A stretch of DNA of 64,000 nt, from positions 221,703-285,702 of the forward strand of contig JAKIVS010000001.1 of the NCBI GenBank assembly GCA_022750435.1, in the 5' to 3' direction. The notes beneath the pieces are model-generated. The model was not told the origin of the DNA. It did no database searches and saw only the letters and a list, made by a program, of their open reading frames with translations. The position numbers and the translations under genes were made by a program. This document shows positions 8,871-18,702 of the stretch, piece after piece. This DNA comes from Thermoplasmata archaeon (GTDB taxonomy: Archaea > Thermoplasmatota > Thermoplasmata > Lutacidiplasmatales > UBA184). Within the stretch, counting starts at the first letter, position 1. Every line of letters starts with the position of its first letter.

Positions 8871-10370
8871 ATGGTCAATCGGAAATGGGTCGTCCTTAGC
8901 AACACCACGATCGGGACCCTCATGGCGTCAATCGACGCCTCGATCGTCCTGATCAGTCTCCCCACGATCGGGCGTCAGCTCCCCGACACCGGCCCGGCGA
9001 TCTTGCTCTGGGTGATGCTGTCGTACAGCGTCGTGACCACCACCCTGCTCCTCTCGTTCGGCCGCCTTTCCGACATGTACGGACGGGTCCGGCTCTACAC
9101 TCTCGGGTTTGCGGTGTTCACGATCGGCTCGGGGGTCGCCAGCCTTTCGCAGACGGGCCCGGAACTCCTGATCTCTCGGGTCGTCCAAGGCACGGGGGCC
9201 GCCTTCCTCTGGTCGAACTCCGCCGCTCTCCTCACCGACGCCTTTCCGGTGGGGGAGCGGGGAAAGGCGCTCGGGATCAACCAGGTCGCCGCCCTCTCCG
9301 GGTCCGTCATCGGGCTGATCCTCGGGGGGATCCTCACGACGACCCTCGGGTGGCGCTCCATCTTCTGGGTCAACCTCCCCATCGGCGCCTTCGGCACCAT
9401 CTGGGCGTACGTCGCCCTCCGGGAGATGCACGCCCCCGAGCGGGACGTCCCGATCGACTGGGTCGGGAACCTTTCGTTCGGGGGCGGCCTGACCCTGTGC
9501 CTCGTGGGGCTGACGATCGGTGCGCTCGCCGGCTGGACGAGTCTCTTCGTCGTACTCTCCGTCCCGCTCGGACTGCTCCTGCTCGTCGTCTTCGTGGTGA
9601 CCGAGCAGCGCGTCGAGCACCCGATGTTCGACCTTTCGCTGTTCCGGATCCGTACGTTTCTCGCTGGGAACGTCGCCGCCGCCTTGGCGGCCCTCGGCCG
9701 TGGGGCGTTCTCGTTCGTGATGGTGTTCTACCTGCAGGGGGTGTTGGGCGACAGCGCGCTCACGGCCGGGGTCCTCCTCATCCCCCTCTCGGTCGCGTTC
9801 GTCGTGACGGGCCCGCTCAGCGGGGCCATCTCGGACCGTCGGGGGGCGAGGGGTCTCGGCACGATCGGTCTCTTGGTCGGGGCCGTCGGGTTCGCCGTCC
9901 TGCTCCAGTTCCCGGCCGGCGGCTCCTACACTCTCCTCGGCGGAGCGATGGCGCTCCTCGGGCTGGGCCAGGGGATGTTCGCCGCGCCGAACCGCGCGGA
10001 GGTGATGACGAGCGTACCGGCCGCCCGTCGGGGGATCGCCGCCGGCATCGGGACCACGCTCCTCAACGCCGGTTCTCTCGGCTCCTTGGCCCTCGCCTTC
10101 ACGGTACTCGCCGCCTCCGTCCCACGTTCCACCCTGACGGAGATCTTCAGCGGGACCGGCGGGGCGATCGTCGATGCCGGCTCGTTCATGAACGGCCTCC
10201 ACGTCTTGTTCGCGATCGGCGTCGCCCTGATGGTCCTCGCCGCGATCGCGAACTCGCTTCGCGGAACGACCGAGCATGCGCCGGCGTCCGGGGACGGCGT
10301 GCCGCGCTCCACTTCGCCGTCGGAGTTTCCGTTGCTGCGGGTTCACGACGGAACCTCGGGGTCCAAATAG
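8871..10370 (+). CDS. MFS transporter (drug:H+ antiporter-like, ~14 TMS)
   Basis: ATG at 8871 (MVNRKWVVLSNTTIGTLMASIDASIV...). Multiple hydrophobic helices and GxxxDxxGRR-like loop motifs. Confidence 0.75.
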   Translation: MVNRKWVVLSNTTIGTLMASIDASIVLISLPTIGRQLPDTGPAILLWVMLSYSVVTTTLLLSFGRLSDMYGRVRLYTLGFAVFTIGSGVASLSQTGPELLISRVVQGTGAAFLWSNSAALLTDAFPVGERGKALGINQVAALSGSVIGLILGGILTTTLGWRSIFWVNLPIGAFGTIWAYVALREMHAPERDVPIDWVGNLSFGGGLTLCLVGLTIGALAGWTSLFVVLSVPLGLLLLVVFVVTEQRVEHPMFDLSLFRIRTFLAGNVAAALAALGRGAFSFVMVFYLQGVLGDSALTAGVLLIPLSVAFVVTGPLSGAISDRRGARGLGTIGLLVGAVGFAVLLQFPAGGSYTLLGGAMALLGLGQGMFAAPNRAEVMTSVPAARRGIAAGIGTTLLNAGSLGSLALAFTVLAASVPRSTLTEIFSGTGGAIVDAGSFMNGLHVLFAIGVALMVLAAIANSLRGTTEHAPASGDGVPRSTSPSEFPLLRVHDGTSGSK

Positions 10371-10392
10371 GGTATCCCAGTGAAAATCGACG

Positions 10393-11118
10393 ATGAACGA
10401 ACCACCGTGGGTCCGATACGAGGGGGAGGGATTCCGCCGGGAGCTCACGACGTTCAAGATGGCGAACCACCCGTTCCGCACGCACCCGTTCTTCCAAGAG
10501 ATCGAGCGCGGCCAAGCTCCGGTCGCGACGGTCCAGCGGTGGGTCGGGCAGTTCTACCCCTGGCTCGCGTGCGTGCCGATCGCCATGGCGGAGCGGTTCG
10601 CACGCTGCTCGTACGAGCCTTCGAACGACCGGTTCCGGACGATGATCCTCGACCAGCTGCTCGAGGAGGCCGGCGACCCGAAGGGGAAGGCCCCGGGGCA
10701 CCCGGAGCTGTGGCTCCGATTCTGCGAGGGGATCGGCGTCCCGCGCGCCACCGTCCTCGCGACCCCGCACCTGCCGAGTACGCTCGTCGCCATCGACGAC
10801 TTCCTGTACATCAACCGCGAATCGCCGTTCTACATCTCCGCGGCAGGCTCCTCCGAGCCCCCCAACGTGGAGCTTTGCCAGCGCCTCTATCCGGCGTTCG
10901 CGAAACACTACAAAGTCCCGGAGGAGGCGCTCGAGTACTACCGGCTGCACGTCACCGCCGACGAAGAGCACAGCCGGTTCGTCGGCGAAATGGTGGCAGC
11001 GTTCGCGCACACCGTGGAGATTCGCAAGCAGATGTGGGACACGATGCTGCGCGGCTTCGCGTTGCACGCCCTCCTGGTCGACGGCGTCCTGGCGACCACC
11101 CGGACCGCCGGGTCGTGA
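10393..11118 (+). CDS. PqqC/TenA/CADD-like heme-oxygenase-fold protein
   Basis: Recalled similarity to PqqC: HPFFQEIERGQAPVATVQRWVGQFYPWL vs PqqC [27 protein letters not shown], and GHPELWLRFCEGIGV vs IEAWLRLGEAVGL. Sits at the head of the shikimate operon. Confidence 0.6.
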   Translation: MNEPPWVRYEGEGFRRELTTFKMANHPFRTHPFFQEIERGQAPVATVQRWVGQFYPWLACVPIAMAERFARCSYEPSNDRFRTMILDQLLEEAGDPKGKAPGHPELWLRFCEGIGVPRATVLATPHLPSTLVAIDDFLYINRESPFYISAAGSSEPPNVELCQRLYPAFAKHYKVPEEALEYYRLHVTADEEHSRFVGEMVAAFAHTVEIRKQMWDTMLRGFALHALLVDGVLATTRTAGS

Positions 11119-11152
11119 ACCGGCGGAGCACGCCGCCCGGCGAGCGTCCGCG

Positions 11153-11911
11153 ATGAACTACGGCACCACGATCCGACTCCGCCGGTTGTTCCCTCGCGCT
11201 GGGCGACGGCTCTTTTCGGTTCCGTTGGACCATTCCGTCTCGATGGGCCCGATCGACGGGCTCGAGGCGACCGGACCGGTCGCGGCCACGCTCCAGGACG
11301 CCGGTGTCGATCTCTTGATCGTCACGAAGGGCGCGGTCCGCGACGTCGCGAACGACCTCCGCCCCGGGACCCTCCTCGGGGTGCACGTGTCGGCGTCGAC
11401 GTCCCTCGGCCCGACCTCGAACCACAAAGTGCTGGTCGGAACCCCCGCCGAAGCGGTCGGCCTGGGGGCCGACCTGTTGAGCGTCCAGGTGAACTTCGGC
11501 ACTCCCGAGGAGGGAGCGATGCTCCAGGACCTCGGGACCGCGGTGGACGGGTGCCGGTCGCTCGGCCTCCCGCTCCTCTGCATGGCCTACGTCAAAAAGC
11601 CGGACGGAGCCCCGACGGCCGACGAACTTCGGCACGCCTGTCGAGCGGCGGCAGACCTCGGGGCCGACATGGTCAAGACCAGCTATCCGGGCACGCTCGA
11701 AGAGCTTCGTCGCTTGGTTCGCACGACGCCGGTCCCCGTCCTCCTCGGCGGCGGGGCCAAGACGAGCGACGATGCGGCGTTCCTCGCGGTCGTGCGCGAG
11801 ACGATCGAGGCGGGAGCCGGTGGCATCTGCATCGGCCGCAACCTGTTCCAACGGCAGCCCCTCGGCCCGCTGGCCCGCCAGGTCGCCCAGTTGCTCCACG
11901 GGACAGGCTGA
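11153..11911 (+). CDS. aroA': 2-amino-3,7-dideoxy-D-threo-hept-6-ulosonate synthase (ADH synthase, archaeal AroA'; class I aldolase DhnA family)
   Basis: DhnA-type class I aldolase fold, 252 aa. Immediately upstream of AroB' as in archaeal DKFP-pathway gene pairs. Confidence 0.7.
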   Translation: MNYGTTIRLRRLFPRAGRRLFSVPLDHSVSMGPIDGLEATGPVAATLQDAGVDLLIVTKGAVRDVANDLRPGTLLGVHVSASTSLGPTSNHKVLVGTPAEAVGLGADLLSVQVNFGTPEEGAMLQDLGTAVDGCRSLGLPLLCMAYVKKPDGAPTADELRHACRAAADLGADMVKTSYPGTLEELRRLVRTTPVPVLLGGGAKTSDDAAFLAVVRETIEAGAGGICIGRNLFQRQPLGPLARQVAQLLHGTG

Positions 11912-11924
11912 CTCCGGGGTCGCC

Positions 11925-12944
11925 GTGTCGTCCGACCGCATCATCGTTCACCCTGTCCACCCGGATCCGAGGGTCCGGGCCGAGGTCGTTGCGCAGGCGT
12001 ACCGGCGCGGCTTTCGCAGGTTCGCCATCTCCGAGAGAGACTCCCTCCCCGACGGGGTCGAACGGGTGACCGTCACCGACACGGAGTACCGTTCTCCGGA
12101 CGGAGCGAGACTCCTTCGTCGCGACGTGGAGAACGCGGCGGCGCTCGCGGATGCGATTCGGGAGGCGAAGAGCACCGGCGGCGTCGCACTTCGTTGGACC
12201 TCGGACCGCGTGATCCCGCTCGAGAACACGATCGCCCACCACCGAGGTTCGTTCCGGCTCTGGACCACCACTTCGCGGCCGGAGGAGGTTCCGGGGCTGT
12301 TGGGCGCCCTCGAGCATGGGGCGGATGCGGTCGTCGTGGAACTCCGGACCCCTGAGGAGGTCGACCGACTGGAGGCGCTCCTCGACGCCCGGGCTCGGCC
12401 GCCGGTCGCGTGGACGCTCGGACGGGTCGTTCGGGTCACCCCCGTCGGTCTCTCCGACCGCGTCCTCCTCGATACGACGTCCCTGCTCACGGAGTCGGAG
12501 GGCGTGCTGGTCGGCAGTCGCGCGGCCGCCCTCTTCCACCTGCGGAGCGAGGCGCTCGGCTCGGCGCACTCCCGCCCCCGACGGTTCCGGGTGAACGCGG
12601 GAGCCCCCCACTCCTACGTTCTGATGGCGGACGGCTCCACCCGGTATCTTTCGGAGCTCGAACCCGGCGAGGAACTCCTCGCCGTCGACCGGACCGGCAC
12701 GACGCGCGGGGTTCGCCTCGGGCGCCTCAAGATCGAGCGCCGTCCGACGGTGCTCCTCGAGGCGTCCGTGGGTCCGGCCCGCGCCATCGTGTTCGTCCAG
12801 GAGGCCGAAACCGTTCGGTTGTCCGGGGTCTCCGGCGCCCTCTCGGTGACGTCCCTCTCCGTCGGAACCGACGTACTCGTGGCGGACCTGCCTCCGGGCC
12901 GCCACCTCGGCCACGCGATCGACGAAACGATCGAGGAGCGATGA
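11925..12944 (+). CDS. aroB': 3-dehydroquinate synthase II (archaeal AroB')
   Basis: Strong match to M. jannaschii MJ1249 recalled from memory: FRVNAGAPHSYVL, RYLSELEPGEELLAVDRTGTTRGVRLGRLKIERRPTVLLEA. GTG start at 11925 inferred. The track ORF start at 11772 overlaps aroA'. Confidence 0.85.
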   Translation: MSSDRIIVHPVHPDPRVRAEVVAQAYRRGFRRFAISERDSLPDGVERVTVTDTEYRSPDGARLLRRDVENAAALADAIREAKSTGGVALRWTSDRVIPLENTIAHHRGSFRLWTTTSRPEEVPGLLGALEHGADAVVVELRTPEEVDRLEALLDARARPPVAWTLGRVVRVTPVGLSDRVLLDTTSLLTESEGVLVGSRAAALFHLRSEALGSAHSRPRRFRVNAGAPHSYVLMADGSTRYLSELEPGEELLAVDRTGTTRGVRLGRLKIERRPTVLLEASVGPARAIVFVQEAETVRLSGVSGALSVTSLSVGTDVLVADLPPGRHLGHAIDETIEER

Positions 12945-14440
12945 ATCCCCGGCCCCGTCTGATCGTGACGCTGCCGGCGCGGACGGTGGCCGAGGTCCGT
13001 TCGCAACGAGGGGTGGCCGTCCATGCCGGGGCGGACGTCCTGGAGGTCCGGGTCGACCGATGGACCTCCGAGCAGCGCTCCCGGGTCGGCCAACTGTTCC
13101 CGAGTCCCGTGCCCCTTCTGGCGACGCTCCGATCCCAAGCAGAAGGCGGAGAAGGACCCAACGATCCGACGGAGCGGGCCACCTGGATCGAGCAGGTCGC
13201 CGGTCACCCATTCGCCTGGATCGACCTCGAGCTGGAGCGAGACCCGCCTCCGACCCCCGGGCACGCCGGGACGCCTCCGCGCTGGGTCGGCTCCCGGCAC
13301 TTCCCGGCGGAGACACCGCTTCCCGTCCTGGAGGATTCGATTCGAGCGTCTCCCGAGCGATTCGCGTTCACCAAATTTGTCGTGCCCGCCTCGGTCGAAC
13401 GGTACTATCGGGAGATCCGGCCCCGGCTCCCCGAGTGGGTCGGACCTCGGACCACGGTGTTCACCACGGGCCCGTCCGGCCCGCTCGGCCGACTCTGGGC
13501 GCGCGAGCTCGGGCAACCGGTCGTGTTTGCCTCGTTGCCTCTCGACGACGTCGCTTCGACCGGTCCTCCCGTCGAGCCCGCGCAAGTGCCCGTCGACCAA
13601 CTGCACCGGAGTTGGGCGGTCGAGCCGGGTCGGAAGTTCGCCGTCGTGGGCCATCCGATCGCCCACAGCCTCTCGCCCACCATCCACGCCGGTTGGTTGG
13701 CGACCGAGCGCCGCGCCGCCAGCTTCGTGGACGTGGACGTCGCCAGCGCCGAGGAGCTGCGGCTTCTGGCGGATCCCGCGACCGGCGAACGTTGGGATGG
13801 CTGGAGCGTCACGGCGCCATGGAAGTCGCTCCTCCCCGGAATCGCCGACCACTGCAGCGATTCGGTCGTCGCCACGGGGGTGGCCAACACCGCCGCGTTC
13901 GGTGAGCAAGGGACCTCGGTCGATTTGACCGATGCGGAGGCGGTTCGCCGCCGATCCCTCGAGTTGGTCGGGGAGGGCGCCTGGGATGGGACCGAGGCCC
14001 TGGTGCTCGGCACTGGGGGCTCGGCCCGAGCGGCCCTCTACGCGCTCGCACCGAAGCGTCGGACGGTCCACCTCCTCGGACGGCGTGCCGAGGCCGTGGA
14101 ACGTCTCTCGAAGGAGTTGGGCGGTCGCCCCGCGAACCCACGGGACCGGCACGCGGTGGGGCTCGTCGTGCACGCGACGACCTTCGGGCGGGCCGGCTCC
14201 GGCCCCCTCGCACTGGACGTGGACGGGTGGGTGGGACCGGGCACGACCGTCCTCGATTTCGTGTACGCTCCGGAGGATTCCACGCTCCGCCGGAGGGCGG
14301 AGTCGCTCGGGGCGCGCTACGAGGATGGGCGCCGCCTCCTGGTGTACCAGGCCGCCGACGCCCACCGGATCTGGTGGGGCGAAGCTCCCTCCGAAGCCGC
14401 CGTGGCGTCCGCCTTGCGGAGGGTCGGATGCGCGGCGTAG
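12941..14440 (+). CDS. aroDE: Bifunctional 3-dehydroquinate dehydratase (type I) / shikimate dehydrogenase, in-frame AroD-AroE fusion
   Basis: ATG at 12941 overlaps the aroB' stop (ATGA). N-terminal ~210 aa is a type I DHQase (FTKFVVPA Lys region). C-terminal part has FAVVGHPIAHSLSPTIHAGW, typical of AroE. No stop between the two domains. Confidence 0.75.
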   Translation: MNPRPRLIVTLPARTVAEVRSQRGVAVHAGADVLEVRVDRWTSEQRSRVGQLFPSPVPLLATLRSQAEGGEGPNDPTERATWIEQVAGHPFAWIDLELERDPPPTPGHAGTPPRWVGSRHFPAETPLPVLEDSIRASPERFAFTKFVVPASVERYYREIRPRLPEWVGPRTTVFTTGPSGPLGRLWARELGQPVVFASLPLDDVASTGPPVEPAQVPVDQLHRSWAVEPGRKFAVVGHPIAHSLSPTIHAGWLATERRAASFVDVDVASAEELRLLADPATGERWDGWSVTAPWKSLLPGIADHCSDSVVATGVANTAAFGEQGTSVDLTDAEAVRRRSLELVGEGAWDGTEALVLGTGGSARAALYALAPKRRTVHLLGRRAEAVERLSKELGGRPANPRDRHAVGLVVHATTFGRAGSGPLALDVDGWVGPGTTVLDFVYAPEDSTLRRRAESLGARYEDGRRLLVYQAADAHRIWWGEAPSEAAVASALRRVGCAA

Positions 14441-15297
14441 GCGCAGGCACCGCCGCGATCTCCTTCGTGAACGCGCTCTTCACGGGCACTGGCGCGGCGG
14501 CCGCCATCGGCATCACGGCGACGGCGACCGTCGAACTCCAGCCGGCCCCCCACGCCGGACATATCGTCCTGGAGGCGCCCTCGGACACACCGCTGGCGCG
14601 GGCGTCCGTACTCGATGCGATCCGCCGCTACGGCGACGCCACCGAGGTCGACGCCCGGATCCGGATCGATTCGGCGATCCCCGTCGCCAAGGGCCTGAAG
14701 AGCTCCTCCGCGGTGGGCGTCGCCATCGCGCGGGCGGTCGCCGCGGCGTACGGGCGGAACCCGACCGACGAAGAGGTGGCCCGAGCGTCCGCGGAGGTTT
14801 CGCAGACTCTCGGCGTGAGCGCTACCGGCGCCTTCGACGACGCGCTCGCTTCGGCCGCGGGTGGCGTCGTGGTCACCGACAACCGGAGCCGGCGCGTACG
14901 GCTGCGGGGCTTCGTCGACCCCGACTGGGCCCTCGTCCTCTGGACACCATCGGGCACCCACGCTCTGAGCCCCGCATGGACCGAGCGATTCGCCGCAGAA
15001 CGGGTCACGGCCCTCGCGGCGGTCGAGGCGGCGGAGCGCGGGGAGTGGCTCACAGCGCTCTCGGCCAACACCGAGATCGTCGAGCGGGTGATGGGGTACG
15101 ACTATCGGCCGCTCCGTCGAGCGCTCGAGCGCTCGGGAGCGTTGGGGAGCGGGGTCAGCGGGCTCGGACCTGCGCTCGCGACCATCGCGCCCCGCGCCCG
15201 ACTCCGAGACGTCCTGCGGGGCCACCCGGCCGGAACGGCGGCCGTGGCCGCGGCGGAGTTCGTCCCCCCCGACCCTCGAGGGAGCGGTTCGGGATGA
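14428..15297 (+). CDS. aroK: Archaeal shikimate kinase (GHMP-kinase family)
   Basis: MRGVGAGTAAISFVNALFTGTG...KGLKSSSAVGVAIARAV is the GHMP motif. 289 aa. Overlaps aroDE by 13 nt. Confidence 0.8.
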   Translation: MRGVGAGTAAISFVNALFTGTGAAAAIGITATATVELQPAPHAGHIVLEAPSDTPLARASVLDAIRRYGDATEVDARIRIDSAIPVAKGLKSSSAVGVAIARAVAAAYGRNPTDEEVARASAEVSQTLGVSATGAFDDALASAAGGVVVTDNRSRRVRLRGFVDPDWALVLWTPSGTHALSPAWTERFAAERVTALAAVEAAERGEWLTALSANTEIVERVMGYDYRPLRRALERSGALGSGVSGLGPALATIAPRARLRDVLRGHPAGTAAVAAAEFVPPDPRGSGSG

Positions 15298-16565
15298 GCG
15301 TCCGTCGGGTACGCCCCGGAATCGCGGCCGGCCGCCTCCGGGCTCCTCCCTCCAAGAGCTACACGCACAGGGCGGTCTTGGCGGCGCACTTCGTCGGGCA
15401 CCGATACCGGATTGAGGATCCCTTGGTCGCCGACGATACTCTGGCCACCCTCCGGGCGGTCCGCGCCCTCGGCACGGCCGGGACACGCCGCCGCGGCCGG
15501 TGGGAGCTGGCACCCGGAGCGGTCCCGAAGCTTCAGCGGGTCATTGATTGCGGCGAGTCGGGAACGACCCTCCGTTTCCTCCTGCCCGCCGCCGCTCGTC
15601 TCTCCTCCCCCGTGCGATTCGCGCTCGGTCCGGGGCTCCGTCGGAGACCGCTCGCCCACGGCCTCGCCGCCCTGCGGGCCGCGGGAGCGCGCGTGACGGG
15701 CGACGGCCGGTCCCCGAAGTTTCTGGATGTCCGCGGACCCATCCATCCGCTCCACGGGACGGTCGACGCGTCCGAGAGCTCCCAATTCCTCTCCGGACTC
15801 CTCTACGCGCTTCCCGGTCTCCCGAGCTCGTCGGTTCTGAGCCGAGTCGGCTCGATCGTCTCCGAGCCGTACTTGGAAGCGACGGTTCGGATGCTGGCCG
15901 CCCACGGAGTAACGGTGCATCGTCACGGTCGACGGTTCGAGGTCCCGGCCCCCCAGGAATTCTCCGGAGCACGGTTCCGAGTTCCGGGGGACGCGTCGTC
16001 GGCCGCCTACCACTGGGCCGCCGCGGCGGCCACGGGGGGGTCGGTCACGGTCGAGGGTATCTCCCCCGAGTGGCCCCAAGCGGACCTCGCGATCCTGACG
16101 GCCCTGGCGAACGCCGGGGTCGAGGTGCGCCGGCGGGCCCGCTCGGTGACGGTCTCCGGGCGCCCGCAGCGCCCGCTTCGGGCGGATCTCGACGGCAGCC
16201 CGGACCTCCTGCCTCTCCTCGGCGTGCTCGCCGCGACGACCGTCGGCACGTCGCGATTGCGGGGCGCCGCGCACGCCGGGGCGAAGGAATCGAATCGTCG
16301 CCGGGAGACGGCGAAGCTCGCACGGGCAATGGGCGCCCACGTGTCGACCGGTCCCGCGGTCGTGGCGATCACCGGGACGGACCGCCCGAGCAGCTTTTCC
16401 TACGACGGGGCCGGCGACCATCGGATGGTGATGAGCGCCGCCGTCGGAGCGCTGGTGGGGAAATCGGCCTCTCGCATCGGCTCGGCGGAGACGGTCCGCA
16501 AGTCCTACCCTGAGTTCTGGTCCGACTTCCACCAACTCACCGGCGCCGCGGAGGGCGGCCGATGA
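15294..16565 (+). CDS. aroA: 3-phosphoshikimate 1-carboxyvinyltransferase (EPSP synthase)
   Basis: KSYTHRAVLAAHF and DHRMVMSAAVGAL motifs. ATGA overlap with aroK. Confidence 0.85.
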   Translation: MSVRRVRPGIAAGRLRAPPSKSYTHRAVLAAHFVGHRYRIEDPLVADDTLATLRAVRALGTAGTRRRGRWELAPGAVPKLQRVIDCGESGTTLRFLLPAAARLSSPVRFALGPGLRRRPLAHGLAALRAAGARVTGDGRSPKFLDVRGPIHPLHGTVDASESSQFLSGLLYALPGLPSSSVLSRVGSIVSEPYLEATVRMLAAHGVTVHRHGRRFEVPAPQEFSGARFRVPGDASSAAYHWAAAAATGGSVTVEGISPEWPQADLAILTALANAGVEVRRRARSVTVSGRPQRPLRADLDGSPDLLPLLGVLAATTVGTSRLRGAAHAGAKESNRRRETAKLARAMGAHVSTGPAVVAITGTDRPSSFSYDGAGDHRMVMSAAVGALVGKSASRIGSAETVRKSYPEFWSDFHQLTGAAEGGR

Positions 16566-17647
16566 TGACCTATGGGACCCGGTTCCGGGTGACTCTCTTC
16601 GGGAGCAGCCACGGGCCCGAGGTCGGGGCGGTCATCGAGGGAGTTCCGGCGGGTCGACCCGTCGATGCGGCGATTCTCCAATCGGCCCTGGACCGTCGAC
16701 GACCCGTCGGACGTCGCCTCGCGAGCCGCCGCCAGGAAGAGGATCGACTGATCCTGGACGAGGGGGTCGAAGACGGCGTCGCCACGGGCGCCCCCATCCG
16801 GCTGCACGTCGCGAACACGGACGTCCGCCGGTCGGACTACGACGGGATCCGTTCGACGCCGCGCCCGGGGCACGCCGACTATCCGGCGCGCCTCCGCTAC
16901 GGGGAGGCCGCCGACCTGTCCGGCGGCGGAATTTTCTCAGGGCGGATGACGGTGGGCCTCGTCGCCGCAGGAGCGATCGCGTCGACGTGGTTGCGAGAAA
17001 TCGGTGTCGAGGTCGTCGGGTACGTCCGTTCCATCGCCGACGTGACCGCCACGGTCGACGAGGGAATCCCGATCGGGGACCTCCGGTCGGCCCGGGACCG
17101 GAATGAGGTCGGCTGCCCCGACGATGGGGTCGCAACGCAGATGGCCGAGCGAATCGCGGACGCGCGGCGGGCGGGCGACAGCGTCGGGGGCATCGTCGTC
17201 GTGCGAGCCGCCGGAATCCCGGTCGGCATCGGGGAGCCGTTCTTCGATTCGGTCGAGAGCGCGATCGCCCATCTCGCCTTTTCCGTTCCGGCAGTGAAGG
17301 GGGTCGAGTTCGGGGCCGGGTTCGCCTCCGCCCGGATGCGGGGAAGCGAACACAACGATGCGTTCTACCTCGACGGCGGGACCGTGCGGACACGGACCAA
17401 CCACGCGGGGGGCATTCTCGGAGGGTTGACCGACGGGATGGACGTCGTCGCCCGGTTCGCGGTCAAGCCGACGTCGTCGATCGCCCGACCTCAAGAGACC
17501 GTCGACCTCGCTCGGCGGGCCGGCACCACCATCGTAGTTCCCGGCCGGCACGACCCGTGCATCGTGCCGAGGGCTGTGCCCGTCCTCGAGGCCGTCGTCG
17601 CGATCGCCATCGCGGACCTCGCGCTGCGCAGCGGGGCGCTCCGATGA
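16562..17647 (+). CDS. aroC: Chorismate synthase
   Basis: MTYGTRFRVTLFGSSHGPEVGAVIEGVPAG is the canonical AroC N-terminus. ATGA overlap with aroA. Confidence 0.85.
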   Translation: MMTYGTRFRVTLFGSSHGPEVGAVIEGVPAGRPVDAAILQSALDRRRPVGRRLASRRQEEDRLILDEGVEDGVATGAPIRLHVANTDVRRSDYDGIRSTPRPGHADYPARLRYGEAADLSGGGIFSGRMTVGLVAAGAIASTWLREIGVEVVGYVRSIADVTATVDEGIPIGDLRSARDRNEVGCPDDGVATQMAERIADARRAGDSVGGIVVVRAAGIPVGIGEPFFDSVESAIAHLAFSVPAVKGVEFGAGFASARMRGSEHNDAFYLDGGTVRTRTNHAGGILGGLTDGMDVVARFAVKPTSSIARPQETVDLARRAGTTIVVPGRHDPCIVPRAVPVLEAVVAIAIADLALRSGALR

Positions 17648-18702
17648 GACGGGGCGAGTTTCGGCCGGCGATCCTCGGTGCCTCCGGCTACATCGGACAA
17701 CACTTTGCCCGCCTGCTCGCCCGCCACCCGACGTTCGCCGACCCGATCCTCGTGACGAGCGAGCGGTCGGCGGGCCGGCGACTCGAGGACGTTTGGGCGC
17801 TCACCGAGGCCGCGCCGTCGGTCCTGGCACGGCAGCGTCTGCGCGCGGCTTCCCCTCGGACCCTCGCGGCGCTCGGCGTCAATCTCGTCTTCTCCGCATT
17901 GCCGTCGGGCGTGGCCCGTTCCACGGAAACCGCGGTGGTCACCCGGGGGATCCCGGTCTTCACCAACGCCGCCGACCATCGCGGTGACCTCGGTGTTCCG
18001 CTCGTCGTGCCCGAGGTCAACCCCGGCGAGCTTCGCCGCTCGGCGCGACGGCCCCGCGGCTCGGCCCTCCTGGTCGCGAACCCGAACTGCACCGCCACCG
18101 GACTTGCGCTCGGCCTCGCGCCCGTGTGGAACCTGCTGGCTCCCCGCGAGGTCCACGTCAGCACCTACCAGGCCCTGTCGGGGGCCGGACTTCCCGGCCT
18201 CGCCGCCGGGCACGGCCTCGACAACGTGGTTCCGTACATCGACGGAGAGGAAGAGAAGGTGGCGGGCGAATCGCTCCGCATCCTTCACGGCGGCGGCGCC
18301 GCGACCGCCCGGACGCGGGTTCTCGTCCACGCGGCCCGGGTCCCCGTCCGAGATGGCCATCTGGAGGCGGTCACGATCGTGGCGCGCCGGCGGCCAACTC
18401 TCGACCAGCTCCGTCGGGCGTGGAGGGGGTTCGACCCACTCGCCGAACGCGCACTCCCGACTTCTCCCCATCCGCCGGTCGTCGTTCGGGACGAGGCCGA
18501 TCGGCCTCAGACGCGGCTGGACCGATGGGCGGGCACGCCGGCCCGGGCCCGGGGCATGGCGGCGGTCGTCGGACGGGTCCGCTGGGAGCCCCCCTACCTG
18601 CGACTCTTCCTTCTGAGCCACAACGCGGTCCGGGGGGGAGCGGGTGGCTCCGTGCTCAACGCCGAACTCGCCCTCGCGGATGGGATGTTGGCCGCCCGAT
18701 GA
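17644..18702 (+). CDS. asd: Aspartate-semialdehyde dehydrogenase
   Basis: ILGASGYIGQ NAD(P) motif and catalytic ANPNCTATG. ATGA overlap with aroC. Confidence 0.8.
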   Translation: MRRGEFRPAILGASGYIGQHFARLLARHPTFADPILVTSERSAGRRLEDVWALTEAAPSVLARQRLRAASPRTLAALGVNLVFSALPSGVARSTETAVVTRGIPVFTNAADHRGDLGVPLVVPEVNPGELRRSARRPRGSALLVANPNCTATGLALGLAPVWNLLAPREVHVSTYQALSGAGLPGLAAGHGLDNVVPYIDGEEEKVAGESLRILHGGGAATARTRVLVHAARVPVRDGHLEAVTIVARRRPTLDQLRRAWRGFDPLAERALPTSPHPPVVVRDEADRPQTRLDRWAGTPARARGMAAVVGRVRWEPPYLRLFLLSHNAVRGGAGGSVLNAELALADGMLAAR

